From Mustelus asterias (Eukaryota), in the NCBI RefSeq assembly GCF_964213995.1, contig NW_027590264.1:62001-126000 (forward strand): a stretch of DNA of 64,000 bases. Reading direction: 5' to 3'. The position numbers were made by a program, and so were the translations under genes. Under the pieces are notes generated by a model. It had not been told where the DNA came from. It worked only from the letters and a program-made list of their open reading frames with translations, and searched no databases. Below, one piece after another: positions 12,870 through 25,191 of the stretch (position 1 is the stretch's first letter; each line of letters opens with the position of its first letter).

Positions 12870-14640
12870 TTAAAGCCATGTTATCTTTGCTCTGACCTCG
12901 GCCTCAAAATCTTTCAGCAAAATCAGAAATCTTGTATTTTTATGATGCAATGAGGGGAAATAGATGTTCCTGTTTTGACACCGTGGACATATCATCAACT
13001 CGTTCAGTCCACAACAGAATTTAATGGCTTTGTTGATGCAGACTAACAAAGTTAATCACCATCTGAATCATGTCTAATAGGATTGTGTGCTTAAAAAGGC
13101 AGACACAAGTGAAACTGTAACTGAACTGGAGGAAATGACGCACATTGCGCTGAACCATTATTTAAACATCGTTCTTCAGAGTAAAGAAATCGGGAAAACC
13201 ACTCAGACAGTTGAGGAAATCGAGAATCAGTGCGGATCTACTGGACTTTCCTACAGCTGAACGGGATTTAGACGCCTGAGTGTTTCACACACAGAATGAA
13301 GAGGGATCAAGTATATCTAACAAATCATTCTTAAATCTATTCCCTTTAAAGATATTTGATTTTGTTTAAAAGCTGATTGTGGTCAATCTCAGTGAAGCAC
13401 CGTGACATGGGTATTACCCAGTGACTCGATTCCTTTTGTTGGTCAGTCATGTTTGCAACTCAATGTTGTCTATCTCGGAGATATTTCATTCAGAATGAGG
13501 AGATATGCGATTAATAAAAATATATTAATATTAAACATGGAACAGTGAACAAATATTGGGTAGAACTGGTTGAAATTATTCGAAGGAAGATGAGAATGAT
13601 GCATTAATAATTGAGCAGAAATCATTGCTCCCTTAGATATTTGCCGGACCACCGTTTATAAATGTTGAAGTTCAAGATGAGTTGAAAAATCAGGTTGAAA
13701 GAAACGGTTTTTGTCTTGTATTAAGTGACATGGGCTCTCAGTCTAACCATTAGAGCCTGCAGCAACACAGTGGAGTTGAACATTGTGGTCAGGCCAATTG
13801 GCGGTGCTGTACTGTCAGTTGTTTCTGTAGTGTAGTGGTTATCACGTTCGCCTCACACGCGAAAGGTCCCCGGTTCGAAACCGGGCAGAAACATTTATTG
13901 AAATTATTCATTTCGTATGCGGGAAGTTTTGCATGGTTTCAGTTGCTGAACATTATCCGAATCTCGATGTTGCAGCCATGTTATCTTTGCTCTGAACTCG
14001 GCCACAAATGCTCTCAGCAAAATCAGAAATGCTGTATTTTAAGACGCAATGAGGAAATAAATGTTTGTACTTTGACACCGTGCGCATATTAGCAACTTGT
14101 TCAGTTCATAACAGAATATAATGGATTTATAAATGCAGACTAACATAGTTAATCACCATCTGAAACATGTGTAATAGTAGTGTGTGCTCATAAAGACAGA
14201 CACAAGTGAAACTAACTGAACTGGAGGAAATGGCGCACATTTCCCGGAAGCATATTTTTAAAATTGTTCTTCATAATAAAGAAATGGGAAAAAATCACTC
14301 AGGGAGATGAGTAAATCGAAACTCAGTGTAGATCTGCTGGACTTTTCGATAGATGAACGGGATTTAGGCGCCAGAATGTTTCACATGCAGAATAAAGAGG
14401 GATCAAGTATAACTAGCAGATCATTATTAAATCTTTTCCCTTTAAAGATGTTTGATATTGTTTAAAAGCTGACTGTCTCAAATAAGCACCATGGGATGTG
14501 ATTCACCCAGTGACTCGATTTCTTTTATTGGTCAGTCATGTTTGCAATGCAATGTTGCATATTCCCGAGATATTCAACTCAGAATGAAGATGTATGTATT
14601 AAATACATGTATTCATATTTAATATCGAATAACAAAACAA
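12870..14640. repeat. ~0.7 kb tRNA-Val 3'-flank module, two direct copies (~12870-13550, ~13960-14640); inverted copy ~29290-29880
   Basis: Shared blocks such as GCCATGTTATCTTTGCTCTGA, GACACAAGTGAAACT and GAACTGGAGGAAATG. Confidence 0.8.
13821..13893 (+). tRNA. trnV-CAC: tRNA-Val(CAC), intact
   Basis: 73-nt cloverleaf GTTTCTG...CAGAAACA; A and B boxes intact; anticodon arm TTCGC-CTCACAC-GCGAA. Confidence 0.93.
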
Positions 14641-14874
14641 ATATTGAGTAACTAGCCAACGATTCAAGTCTGGATGACCCTTCGTCAGAGCTACGAGCAA
14701 AGAAAAGCAGAAAATATTTAAATTATGAGAGTGGAAGGGGAGTGCTGTAATTGGACAAAGGGAATGCAAATAACGATAAAGATGGCTGAGAGAGATACTA
14801 AAAATGTCCATTAAGCGATCAGAATAGCAGAGCAGAGGTAAAGGTGGTTAAGGCAGTTGCCCTGAAGGAGAAGT

Positions 14875-15125
14875 GTGGGGGGGGGGAGTGGGGGGGGAGT
14901 GGGGAGGGAAGGGGGAGTGGGGGGGGAAGGGGGAGTGGGGGGAGGGGGAGTGGTGGGGGAGTGGGGGAGTGGGGGGAGTGGGGGGGAGGGGGGTGGAGTG
15001 GGGGGGAGGAGGGGTGGGGGGAGGAGGGGAGTGGGGGGGAGGGGGGAGTGGCGGGGGAGGGGTGGAGTGGGGGGAGGGTGGGGGGAGTGGGGGGGGGAGG
15101 GTGGGGGGAGTGGGGGGGAGGGGGT
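14875..15125 (+). repeat. G-rich low-complexity tract, (GGGGG(G)AGT)n-like, with G-quadruplex potential
   Basis: About 250 bp of G runs of 4-11 nt. Confidence 0.9.
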
Positions 15126-17178
15126 CGTGTCCGCTCCGCCATTCAGTCGTGCTGCAAAATTTCTCAACTCCATTCTTCTCCCCTTTTCCCAGTAACCTTT
15201 GATCCCCTTACCAATCAAGAACGTATCTATCTCTGTCTTAAATACACCCAATGACCCGGCCTCCACAGCCTTCTGTGGCAATGAATTCCACACATTCACC
15301 ACCCTCTGGCTGAAGAAATTGCTCTCATCTCGATTCTAAAGGGCCGTCCCTTTATTCCGAGGTTGTGCGCTCGGATCCGAGATTCTCCTACTAACGGAAA
15401 CATCTTCCCCACGGCCACCCTATCGAGGTCTTTCAATATTCTGTAAGTTTCTATAAGATCCCCGCTCCCCGCCCCTCCCCGCAAACTCCATCGAGTTCAG
15501 ACCCAGTGTCCCCAGATGTCTGCAGTTTTATTTGATCGGCTTCAGTCGCTCATGTTTGTTGTTGTTTATTTTAAGTTCGGTTTGTGACGGCTTCTCAAGA
15601 CCATTAATCGCATTGCCTTGTGTCTGACCTGTTTACATTGAACTCTTCGTTCTGAACCGTTGATTTCCTCGAGTTGCGAATGTAAATAAAACGGATTGTA
15701 CAACAGCGGATTGAGATGTAGATCCCGCGCGAGAAACAGATGCAGCAACACAGAAACCTTCAAGCTAAGAAACGGAGATAAACAAATGGAAAGACAGAGG
15801 GTGAATCAGAGGCCGAGACTGTAATAGAAGTAAAGGCATAAGTTCGGAGTAACAGATGGAGATGCAGAGGGATAAACACGAGGAACGGGAATGGTAGGAA
15901 TGAGGGAGAGGCTGAGAGATAAATAGTGGGACAGACAGTGAGATAAATGGGGGAAAGAGGGAGACAGGAAGGGAAAATAGATGAAGATACGGTGAAGGAA
16001 CCGTGAAGGGAAAAGTTGCATATATATGGAGGTAACACAGTCGGAGACACAAAGAGAGACAAACGAATAGAGAACAAGAGAAGCAGAGAGATAGGCAGTG
16101 AGAAAAGCAATGGCCTAAATGCAACCAGGAATCACAGAAAGGGAAAGATAAATAGCACAATGTAGCGTATAACGTGATACCGGCAGGGTGATTTCCAAGA
16201 ACCTCTTGACACCCTGAGTAACCAGACCAGTCGCACCATCGCATTGTTATCCTTCCCGTACCCACTGCAGTAAACACACAAACACGGTGCGGCAGCGCCA
16301 TCTGGCGGCGATCTGCGGTAAATTGTCATTTCCTGGAAAATCATCGAATTCTCAAATTACAGAAGGTTGTTGCTGCATGATTATATTACATTACTCTTGT
16401 TCATCCTTTTACTATTACAACGTAATTATATGCAGTTGAACGTATACATGAGGGATAATCCCAACTTTATTTAATTGCTGGCGATTCGCTTTATTCAATT
16501 AATAGTGGTTAAAAAGCTAATTTTAAACAAAATCAACCCATCAATATTCCGAGAAGTGCCTCTTCTAAAATACCAACATAAGATGTAAATATGACCCTGG
16601 ATTCACACCCATTTCCGATGTGCTTTCGTTATTTTCATTTAAATCTTTCCATCATAATGTTACTCGTTAAGTTATTATATTTTATTATACCTTATCTAAT
16701 ATAAATAGTATCTAATCTCAGAGTATCTTTATATAATATAATGAGCAATTTGTTGGACTCGTTGAAATGGGAGACTGGGAGAAATCGTATTGTCTAAACT
16801 CGGAAATTCAGGGAAAAGGGCAGAAAGAGAAGAACGTGGAGTAAATGTGAAGACAGAGACAGTCAGAAGTATGGCAAGGGAGGTAGTGGCGGAATGACAC
16901 AGCGAGATAAACAGGTCCCAAACGAAGGGAGAGCCGGAGAACCTGAGAAATACAGGGAGGAAGAGAAACTCAGAGTTGATTAGTCCAGAGCGAACATTGA
17001 TAGGTGCCCGACGACCATCAGTTCAGAGAGAGCAGCCAATCCTGTCGCTTGGAAACGCCCCTCAGTTTCTGAGTAAGTGAAGTTTCCGCTGATATGAATT
17101 TCCAATTTAATATCAGAACAGAAACGTCAACACATTTCAAATATTGTCTCATTTCTGCCGAATCCTAAACCAGACACC

Positions 17179-17718
17179 ATGTGCTCCTCATTTTGGCTGC
17201 TGATAATAATGATCTTGCGGCCCGGTGAGTCAATAAACTCTGACAAAATGTCATCCTGACACGAAACGTTACCTCTGTTCTCCCTCTCACAGATGTTGTC
17301 AGATCTGCTGAAGATTTCCAGCATTTTCTTTGAGCCAATGTTTAAATGATCAGCGTCTGTCCCATGGACTATGGTCGCTCCCAGACATTGAATAACTTCT
17401 GTGTTTTGTTACAGGGGCAAATGCTGAAGATTCAGTGTTTCAAGATCGATCTGAATTATCGATTCTGGAAGGACAGAACATAACACTGGGCTGTAAATAC
17501 TCAACAGCTGCTCTTCGAACCCTGTTCTGGTACATCCAGTATCCCGGGCAAGCTCCAAGGTATTTGATGAAGATATATAGTTCGGGCGATACCGATAAGT
17601 CTCCGGATATCCCAGATAGGTTCTCGGCCGCTTTACAGAAAGAAAACAACACTGTTCCTTTAATTATCACCAGCACTCTTCTGTCTGACACCGCCGTGTA
17701 TTTCTGTGCCATGGAGCA
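17179..17718 (+). CDS. TRAV: TCR alpha/delta V gene, subgroup A copy 3 (leader 17179-17224, V exon 17415-17718)
   Basis: Intact ORF; RSS CACACTG (17719-17725), 24 bp, ACAAAAACC (17750-17758). Confidence 0.9.
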
Positions 17719-19109
17719 CACACTGGTTCAGAGACATGGCGAAACCTGTACAAAAACCCCAGACTGGGAGTTCTAGTTAGTGGTCCGCAGAGGGCGCGCT
17801 CACACTGATAAACAGAAACAATTCAGTCTCAACAGTGAGTGTCACCGGATCATAAACAGAATAACAAAACAAAACACAACGCTCAACATGAAAAGCTGAG
17901 CCGCAGTTGGTTTTAACTTGCAACTATGCTAAAAATGCATTTATTGTTAGTTAACTCGCACTTGGCCTTTTGCTAATATTTCCTTGGATATGTGAATTAT
18001 TCCCCATCTTCACTCTTCGTTTTGTGGTCGGTTTGATCAAAGGGTCTATTTGATCGGAGTATTGTGCTAGCTAAGGGATCAGTTATATAACATGTGCATT
18101 TCACAAGCTTGACACAGAACCATTTAAACAATCCCTGAGAGCAAGGTGCCATCAATGTTCATTCTCACTTTCAATGACTGTCAAATGTTTTTTGACATAA
18201 TTCGCAACTTTATAATAACCGGACCAGCGACTTTAATCCCACTCCTGTCCCTAACAATAGAGCGATATTCCTATTAAGCCTACTGAATATAACCCAGCTT
18301 GGGATGTTTCTGCTCACTGAAAACCACGTATCCATCCACAGGACTAAAAACACGACAGGGGACACATGAAAGTGAGGTTCGAGGATCCGAGCACATTATA
18401 GCAGATTAATAAGAATGTGGATTGGAACGAGAGTTTATGATGAATCATAGAATCGTAGAAAAATAATCCTTACAGTTCAGAAGGGGTGCATTCGGCCCAT
18501 CGAGTCTGCACTTGCCACAGTCTCACCCAGGCCCTATTCCCGTCACCCCACACATTTGCCCTGCTAATCGCCCTGACACAAAGGTCAATTTAGCATGGCT
18601 AATCAGCCTAACCCGCACATCTTTGGACGGAATGCAGCCCCACCCATGCACTCTGCATCATCTCCGGAAGCTCCTGTCTGCTGGCTTTTCAATATTGTGA
18701 TTCATTTCTTAAAGTTACAAAGCCAATGCGCAGAGCGGAGAGGCCAATCAAGAACCAATCTCCACACTTGCCCCTACATCAATTCAAATTCAAATTCAAT
18801 CCAATTGATGATCCCCACAAGAGATATGAGCAAGATCCAAGCTGACAAGAGAAGGTATTGCACGTGAACTTGGGCTTTATGTGACGCTCAGTCTTAGCCA
18901 AAAACCCGAGAAGTTTGCAGCGGTTAGACTCGTGGACAGTTGCAGCCACATTGAGGACCGGCGCTGTCAGCCGCTCAAACATACACCGAGAGAAACCAAA
19001 TTAGCATTGCATCAAACTGTCACGCACCTGTTTCCAGCAGTGGCTGAGAAAACAGGCAGCAGAATATGATCAGACCGACAGTTCCATCATCAACTCAGCC
19101 TACAGATAG

Positions 19110-19428
19110 AAAACATAGAATCCCTACCGTGCAGAAGGAGGCCATTCGGCCCATCGATTCTGCACCGACAACAATCCCACCCAGGCCCTATCCCCTGAAC
19201 TCCATGCATTTACCCTGGCTAGTCCTCCCGACACTAAGAGGCAATTTATCATGGCAAATCCACCCAACCCGCACATCTTTGGACTGTGGGAGGAAACCGG
19301 AGCACTCAGAGTAAACCCACGCAGACACGGGGAGAACATGCACACTCCACACAGACAGTGAGCCAATGCCGGAATTGAACCCGGGTCCCTGGCGCTGTGA
19401 GGCATCAGTGATAATCATTGTGCCACCA
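19110..19428 (-). mobile_element. HE1/V-SINE-type tRNA-derived SINE
   Basis: Head GGCACA.TG.TTA.CACTG, core TCTGCGTGGGTTT, and LINE-derived tail GATGGGCCGAATGGCCTCC. Confidence 0.85.
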
Positions 19429-19491
19429 TTTGGCCCATAAAAAATTGAAATCATGCAGACTTCCCGCAACCTAACTGAGAAAGTTTAATAA

Positions 19492-19559
19492 TGTATCTGC
19501 CCGGTTTCGAAGCGGGGACCTTTCGCGTGTGAAGCGAATGTGATGACAATTACAGAAAC
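19492..19559 (-). pseudogene. Degenerate tRNA-Val(CAC)
   Basis: Anticodon and T arms match 13821-13893; D arm partly deleted. Confidence 0.8.
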
Positions 19560-19599
19560 TGTCCACAACAGAGAGCTTGAACTACCGTCAAGTTTACAT

Positions 19600-19672
19600 C
19601 GAGCCAGGCAGAAATCGAACTTGAAATCTTCTGATCCATAATCAGACGCGTTCTGCACTGAGCGACTAACCG
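19600..19672 (-). pseudogene. Degenerate tRNA-Arg(ACG)
   Basis: AACGCGTCTGATTATGGATCAGAAGATT..GTTCGA..CTGGCTCG resembles vertebrate tRNA-Arg(ACG); anticodon decayed to ATG. Confidence 0.72.
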
Positions 19673-19850
19673 ACATGAAGGCAGGACCTCCCTGCTTCTG
19701 ATTAGATCTTAATTCCGCAACCTCAGAGCTGGATATTCACATCAGCTCCGGGAGAGATGTTTCAGATCAGCTGTTAATTCCCATCAACTCAGGGCTGAAT
19801 ATTCAGATCAGCTCCGGGAGAGATGTTTCCGACCCTCAGGCCAGACCCAC

Positions 19851-20373
19851 TGACGTCACTCGCACTACATAGTGACGTCACATGGGCTATAGGGTGACGT
19901 CACACATTCTGACGCCACACATTCCGCATTCTGACGTCTGACGTTGGGCGGCACGGTGCCACAGTGGTTAGCACAGCTGCCTCACAGCGCCCCCGGTTCG
20001 ATTCCAGCCTCGGGTCACTGTCTGTCTGGAGTTTGGATGTTCTCCCCGTGTCTGCGCGGGTTTCCTCCGGGTGATCCGGTTACCTCCTACAGTCAAAGCT
20101 GTGTGCTTTACGTTGACTGGCCATGTTGAATTGCCCCCTCGTGTCAGGGGGATTCGCGGGGTAAAGATGTGAGGTTACGGGGAGAGGGTCTGGGTGGGGC
20201 TGTGGTCGGTGCGGGTTCAATGGGCCGAATGGTCTCCTTCTGCACTGTCGGCATTCTATGATTCTATGAGGTTCCAATGCCGCGGATGCTCTGACGTCAG
20301 AATGCCGGATGTTCTGACGTCACAATGCCGGATGTTCTGACGTCACAATACCGGATGTTCTGTCGCATGCGCA
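19851..20373 (+). promoter_or_regulatory. CRE (TGACGTCA) array promoter of subgroup D V, split by a SINE (19947-20268)
   Basis: Perfect CREs at 19851, 19873, 19895, 20292, 20315 and 20338; NRF1-like CGCATGCGCA at ~20364. Confidence 0.7.
19947..20268 (+). mobile_element. HE1/V-SINE-type SINE (duplicate at ~48258-48582)
   Basis: Full head, core and tail ending TTCTATGATTCTATGA. Confidence 0.87.
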
Positions 20374-20573
20374 CTCTCCTCCCCCGCACTATCAATGCTG
20401 AAGCTCCCTCACTGATTCACTTTGTGATCACAAGTCCCAGCGACCCGGCTCTCACCGACACTCTGTGACTGGTTTGGGGCTCGGTTTGATATCCAATAGC
20501 ATTGCTTCCCCAGGAGCTTCTCTCAGCCTGGGATCTGCTGACAGCTGTTTCACACAAGCCGATAGGATCCAAC

Positions 20574-21076
20574 ATGTTTCTGAGCTTCACTTTGGTGATT
20601 ATTTTCCTGGATTTCTTACTGTTCCCTCAGTGTAAGTGTGGTCACTATTTCTGACAGCAATATTTCACACCTCAGCAATGTTATGTTCTGTTAAATTGTA
20701 CTCAGCTTTATTGTATTATCTCGAATTGTGAATACAATGGTACTTTATTGTGCTACATTATAGTACGATATGTTATTACTGCAAATGTACATATTCTTCC
20801 CAGATGCCGCTGGCAGTGAAGAGCTATCACAGTCTCCGGAGTCAGTGGTTGTTACCGAGGGAGCCACTGCATCGTTGAACTGTTCAACCACAGTAACTGG
20901 ACAGCTCCTTCAATGGTACAGACAAAATCTAGACAGAACCGTGCAGCACCTGGTGAGCGGTACCAGCGATCAGGGCAGGATCACGGCTCAGTACAGTTTC
21001 TCAGAGAAACGCAGCGTTCTGAATGTTAGTGAAGCTCGGCTGACAGACACCGCCACCTATTTCTGTGCGATGGAGG
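20574..21076 (+). CDS. TRAV: TCR alpha/delta V gene, subgroup D (short CDR2) copy 1 (leader 20574-20631, V exon 20804-21076)
   Basis: Leader MFLSFTLVIIFLDFLLFPQ; intact V; RSS CACAGTG (21077-21083), 23 bp, ACAAAAACC (21107-21115). Confidence 0.92.
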
Positions 21077-21744
21077 CACAGTGTAGCAAAGACCATACAG
21101 GGCCGTACAAAAACCTGCCGCGATCATCCAGAAAGTGGAGCCTGTGCAGAGAGCTGGACTTTTAATCACTCTCTCCCTTGGATACGCGCCACAGTCACCC
21201 GATCAGTGAGACCTGTTGCCGATTTGGGTTTACTCTTTAAAATCAAAAAAGAACGGATAAAATACATTTAAATTGGGTTATTTTCTGTGGAAATGTCATC
21301 CGGGCAGCGCATGTTCCATGGTGCTTCCAAATTGGAATAATCGTGGTATTCCGTGAGTCAATATTAAAAGGATCCTTGTCTATTTCCTGTGATAAATCCC
21401 ATTCCAGTCTGTGACACATTCTAAGTTCGGCTGCAGGGACGAGTGACAGACATTGAGTTTCCCAGACTCCATCGGAGTTGAAAGCTCTGGAAGACCAGTC
21501 AGGAGTGCTAAGGGACAGTCACTCCATATCTGAAAGCTTTCTGTGCCTATCTAGACAGAGCAGTATTCCGGGTAAGTTATGGGATATTTAATGAAGTGGT
21601 AGAGGGCCAGACATTGAGAGAGGTCCCAAGATCTCTCAGACCGGTTCGCTGTTGACTTGAACGAACAAAGGATTCAGGCATAAGCTAAACTAAACAAGCT
21701 GAACAAGCTAAACAAGCTATAGCATAGGGCCTCACAATCTGGTA

Positions 21745-22144
21745 CAGAGACACAAAATCAAGTTACAGAATACTGATTAGAATGCGAATCCCTACAGCCA
21801 GCCAAGTCTTAAAGATTCAGACAATGTGGGTGGAGGGATTTGTCTGCTAATTTTTTTTTTAGTGCTAATTACCCATCCTGGGGGCTCTGCCTATTTCTGC
21901 ATCTGCATTGTCTGCATCTTTAAGACCTGGCTGGCTGTAGGGATTCGCATTCTAATCAGTATTCTGTAACTTGATTTTGTGTCTATGTGCCCTGTTTGAG
22001 AGCACGTTTCCACTCCATCTGACGAAGGGGCAGCGCTCCGAAAGCTTGTGGTGTTTGCTACCAAATAAACCTGTTGGACTTTAACCTGGTGTTGTGAGAC
22101 TTCTTACTGTGTTCACCCCAGTCCAACGCCGGCATCTCCACATC
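21745..22144 (+). mobile_element. Penelope-like element terminal fragment with inverted 5' segment
   Basis: ~80-bp inverted repeat 21750-21827 / 21907-21983, a hammerhead motif, and tail ...AATAAACCTGTTGGACTTTAACCTGGTGTTGTGAGACTTCTTAC...CATCTCCACATCA. Confidence 0.7.
22015..22051 (+). ncRNA. Minimal type I hammerhead ribozyme motif
   Basis: CCAT-CTGACGA-A-GGGGC/AGC/GCTCC-GAAA-GC-TT-GTGG. Confidence 0.7.
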
Positions 22145-22424
22145 AGATTCTGTTCAATCAGGTTTGGAATGGGGTCATTGAGAACATTTTGGGGCTTGTT
22201 GATTTACATACCTCACCAAATATCTTCTTCCGAGAATTCTGAGTTGGAATTGGTGAGACTGAATTTTATTATTTGAAGCCAATTGGATGTCATATGATGA
22301 GGTCGGCAGCAATGAACCAATCAATAGGGGCCCGGATATGACTCAACTTCTTTCCAACTCTTGACGAAAACAATTCCAGCTTTCAACCCTTTCTGGTCAC
22401 ATCCACTGCGAGCTCTCTGCAAAC

Positions 22425-23318
22425 ATGTTTCCTGTTACCCTATATTTATTCCTCGCAGCAGCAGCTCTTTTAACTGGTAAGTTCACAAGTTGCTCAACAC
22501 TGTGTTTCACATGTTTCCCTCACACTATATTCTGTCGGGCAGTTCGTTCAGTGGAAGGGGGTGAGGGGAGACGATCGAAGGATTGGCTTGATCCCAACTT
22601 CGAATAGGATCTCGCTGATTTCAACACTGAACACTGTTTGATGGCAGTCGACACATTTCCCCTCAGGGAATGAGAGAGGACGAGTTAGGCCGAGATTCAA
22701 ACTTCTCTGATAACAAAAAATGATTTGACAATCACTAGACTTTCAAACACACAGACACTGAGCAATTTCCCGTTCCAGTCACAGGGAATGAAGGCGAGGA
22801 ACTAATCTCGTTAGAAAGTACAGGATGTTTATGCTGGAAGTTTTATTTCATCACCGCCAGCACCTTCCCGTTCCAGCCACTGAACTGTGAAAAATATGCT
22901 TCTGTTCAGCCGTCTGATTTCTCTCTAAGGTTATGTTCAGGATGACGAGCAAGTCCTGGGGGAAACAGAGTGCAGGCGCATTGTGTAACTTAATATTCCT
23001 TTGTGTTTTTACAGGGCATTGTCGAGGAGATTCTGTTTCACAGACACCTGCAGTCTCCGTTACTGAAGGAGTCAATGTAAGGTTGTTCTGTAATTATTCA
23101 ACTACAAGTGCGAGCACTCTATACTTGTTCTGGTACCGTCAGTATCCCAGCGGATCCATGGAGTTCCTGCTGCAGGCAAACAAATACGGCGGAAACACAG
23201 GGGGATCCTCAGGGGACCGTTTTTCAGCGGAACTCAATGATACAATCCGCACCGTCCCGCTGAAAGTGTCTAAAACAGAGCTGGCAGACTCCGGGGTTTA
23301 TTACTGCGCTCTGAGACC
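22425..23318 (+). CDS. TRAV: TCR alpha/delta V gene, subgroup E (leader 22425-22476, V exon 23015-23318)
   Basis: Leader MFPVTLYLFLAAAALLTG; GDSVSQ..C..WYRQ..YYCALRP; RSS CACAGAG (23319-23325), 23 bp, ACAAAAACT (23349-23357). Confidence 0.92.
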
Positions 23319-24609
23319 CACAGAGACACAGAGCTGGGCTGAACCTGTACAAAAACTGTCAGAGCCCCACTCAACATAACAGAGCGTTAGGCAAACATTG
23401 TGATCAGAGTGAGTCTGAAATGAAACCTGAAATCCTGGTGATTTCTCAAACTATTAATTCCAAGATATGTTTTCTTATTAAAAATGTATTACCAAAACAA
23501 AGCAACGGGGCAGTTTACAGAATTAACATGAGAATATTTGTACAGTTTGATGACCCAAACTGTTTCCCCATCTGTGCAGAAAACACCAGCAGACAATTTT
23601 GACTCAGCATGTCATGGCGTTCAGTAATATTGTAGGTACCATGTATCAGGTACCATGCCCTGAGGCGGCGCTGGTAGACCAGAGATTTCCATTTGATTGC
23701 TCCATGAATATGCCTGGCAAAGTCCTGCAGTGGTTTCCATCACCTCCTGCAGTAAGGCTGGCCAGGGAACTCTCCTGTTCTTATCACTTGTCATTCGGCT
23801 TATTGGAAGAATTTACAAGCAGATCATCAACCTGTGTGACCGGATAATGTCTGTAGCCATAATGCCCTGAAGTGGGGATAGATCCCAGAGTTTCCGGTTC
23901 AGAACTTCCGTAATTCACACATCGGCTCTTGCGCTGTAGTTTGTGGTGGTGTCAAGACGCACAGGTATTTCCTGTAACTCCAGCTGTCACCTGTGACAGG
24001 GGGGACTGACGGTTCTGCAAGTTTTAGCGAAAGATGAAGTCTTGGGACGTCATCTGTGAAACAGCGATTCTCAATTGTGTTTATGTTGCTGCATCATATT
24101 GCAGGATTTTTATTGTTGCAGTTTATTATGTGTTTTATTACTTTGATGTTATTGCTATTACATCTGCTGCCTTTATCATTTCGATTTTGCTACATTTGCT
24201 GTTTAGTGTTGATACAAATCATTTATCTCAGTTTTCAGACGCGCCTGCGCCATTAGCACAGCGCCTGTCCAGCTGTGTAGATGGATGAATTTTGCTTTAA
24301 TAAACTCATAAATCCACAACTGATATGTTTGAATCGTTCATTTCGAACGAACGGACGTTTTGAAAGCTCGCTCATAATAAAACAATTGTGATAACCGAAT
24401 TTCAATCAGCCAATGTATCAAAGAATGATTTACATGTTTCTTTTGAGTGTTAATCTGCAAGTTCAATGATTAGAAATAATAACATGCATTTTCAATCCCA
24501 TCATATTACTCGGATCAAGAACATTTTCTGTCGATTTTACTTGCATCACACTCATTTCTAAAGTCTATGGGCTGTTGTGTCCTCTGTCCCCATGTCGAGT
24601 GAGTTATTG

Positions 24610-24866
24610 CTCCCTCCACTCACATTGTCTGTACCTTTAAGACTTGATTAGCTGTAAAGACTCACATTCCAATCATTATTCATGTAAATTGAGTTTGTGT
24701 CTTTGTGCCCTGTTTGTGATCAGAACTCCCACCCACCTGACGAAGGAACAGCCTGTTCCGAAAGCCAGTGGCTTTTGCTACCAAATAAACCTGTTGGACT
24801 TTAACTTGGTGTTGTAAGACTTCTTACTTTGTTTTCCCCAGTCCAACGCCGGCATCTCCACATCAT
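24610..24866 (+). mobile_element. Penelope-like terminal fragment with 13-bp TSD and hammerhead motif (24733-24771)
   Basis: TSD GAGTGAGTTATTG at 24597-24609 and 24867-24879; same tail as the 22.1 kb copy. Confidence 0.78.
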
Positions 24867-24910
24867 GAGTGAGTTATTGTACAGGCTCCTGATCTCTCTG
24901 TTTCACCGTG

Positions 24911-25191
24911 CCTCACGGCACTGTAATACACCGCAGCGTCTGACAACTCAACCTTGTTAACAGTGAGAGCAGTGGAGCCTTTCACACCGTCCACAGATAC
25001 TGTAAACCTTCCCTCAACTTTTACATCTCTGAATGTGGATACGAGATACTCGGGAGGTTGATCGGTGAATTGCCGGTACCAGAACACAAAGTCATTTGCA
25101 GTGACAGTAACATTGTGGTGAAGGGAGACGGTCTGTCCCAGTTTTACCCGATTCACCGACATCTGAAATGTTTCCGAGTGACAAGGAACAT
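24911..25191 (-). CDS. Atypical V exon lacking both canonical cysteines; no leader exon found
   Basis: Open frame VSLHHN..WYRQ..DAAVYYSAVR; acceptor TTTTGACAG; RSS CACGGTG (24904-24910), 23 bp, ACAATAACT (24872-24880). Confidence 0.78.

Noticed and set aside
14811-15302. Pro-rich and Gly-rich ORFs
   Set aside because: Translations of the G tract plus LINE fragment.
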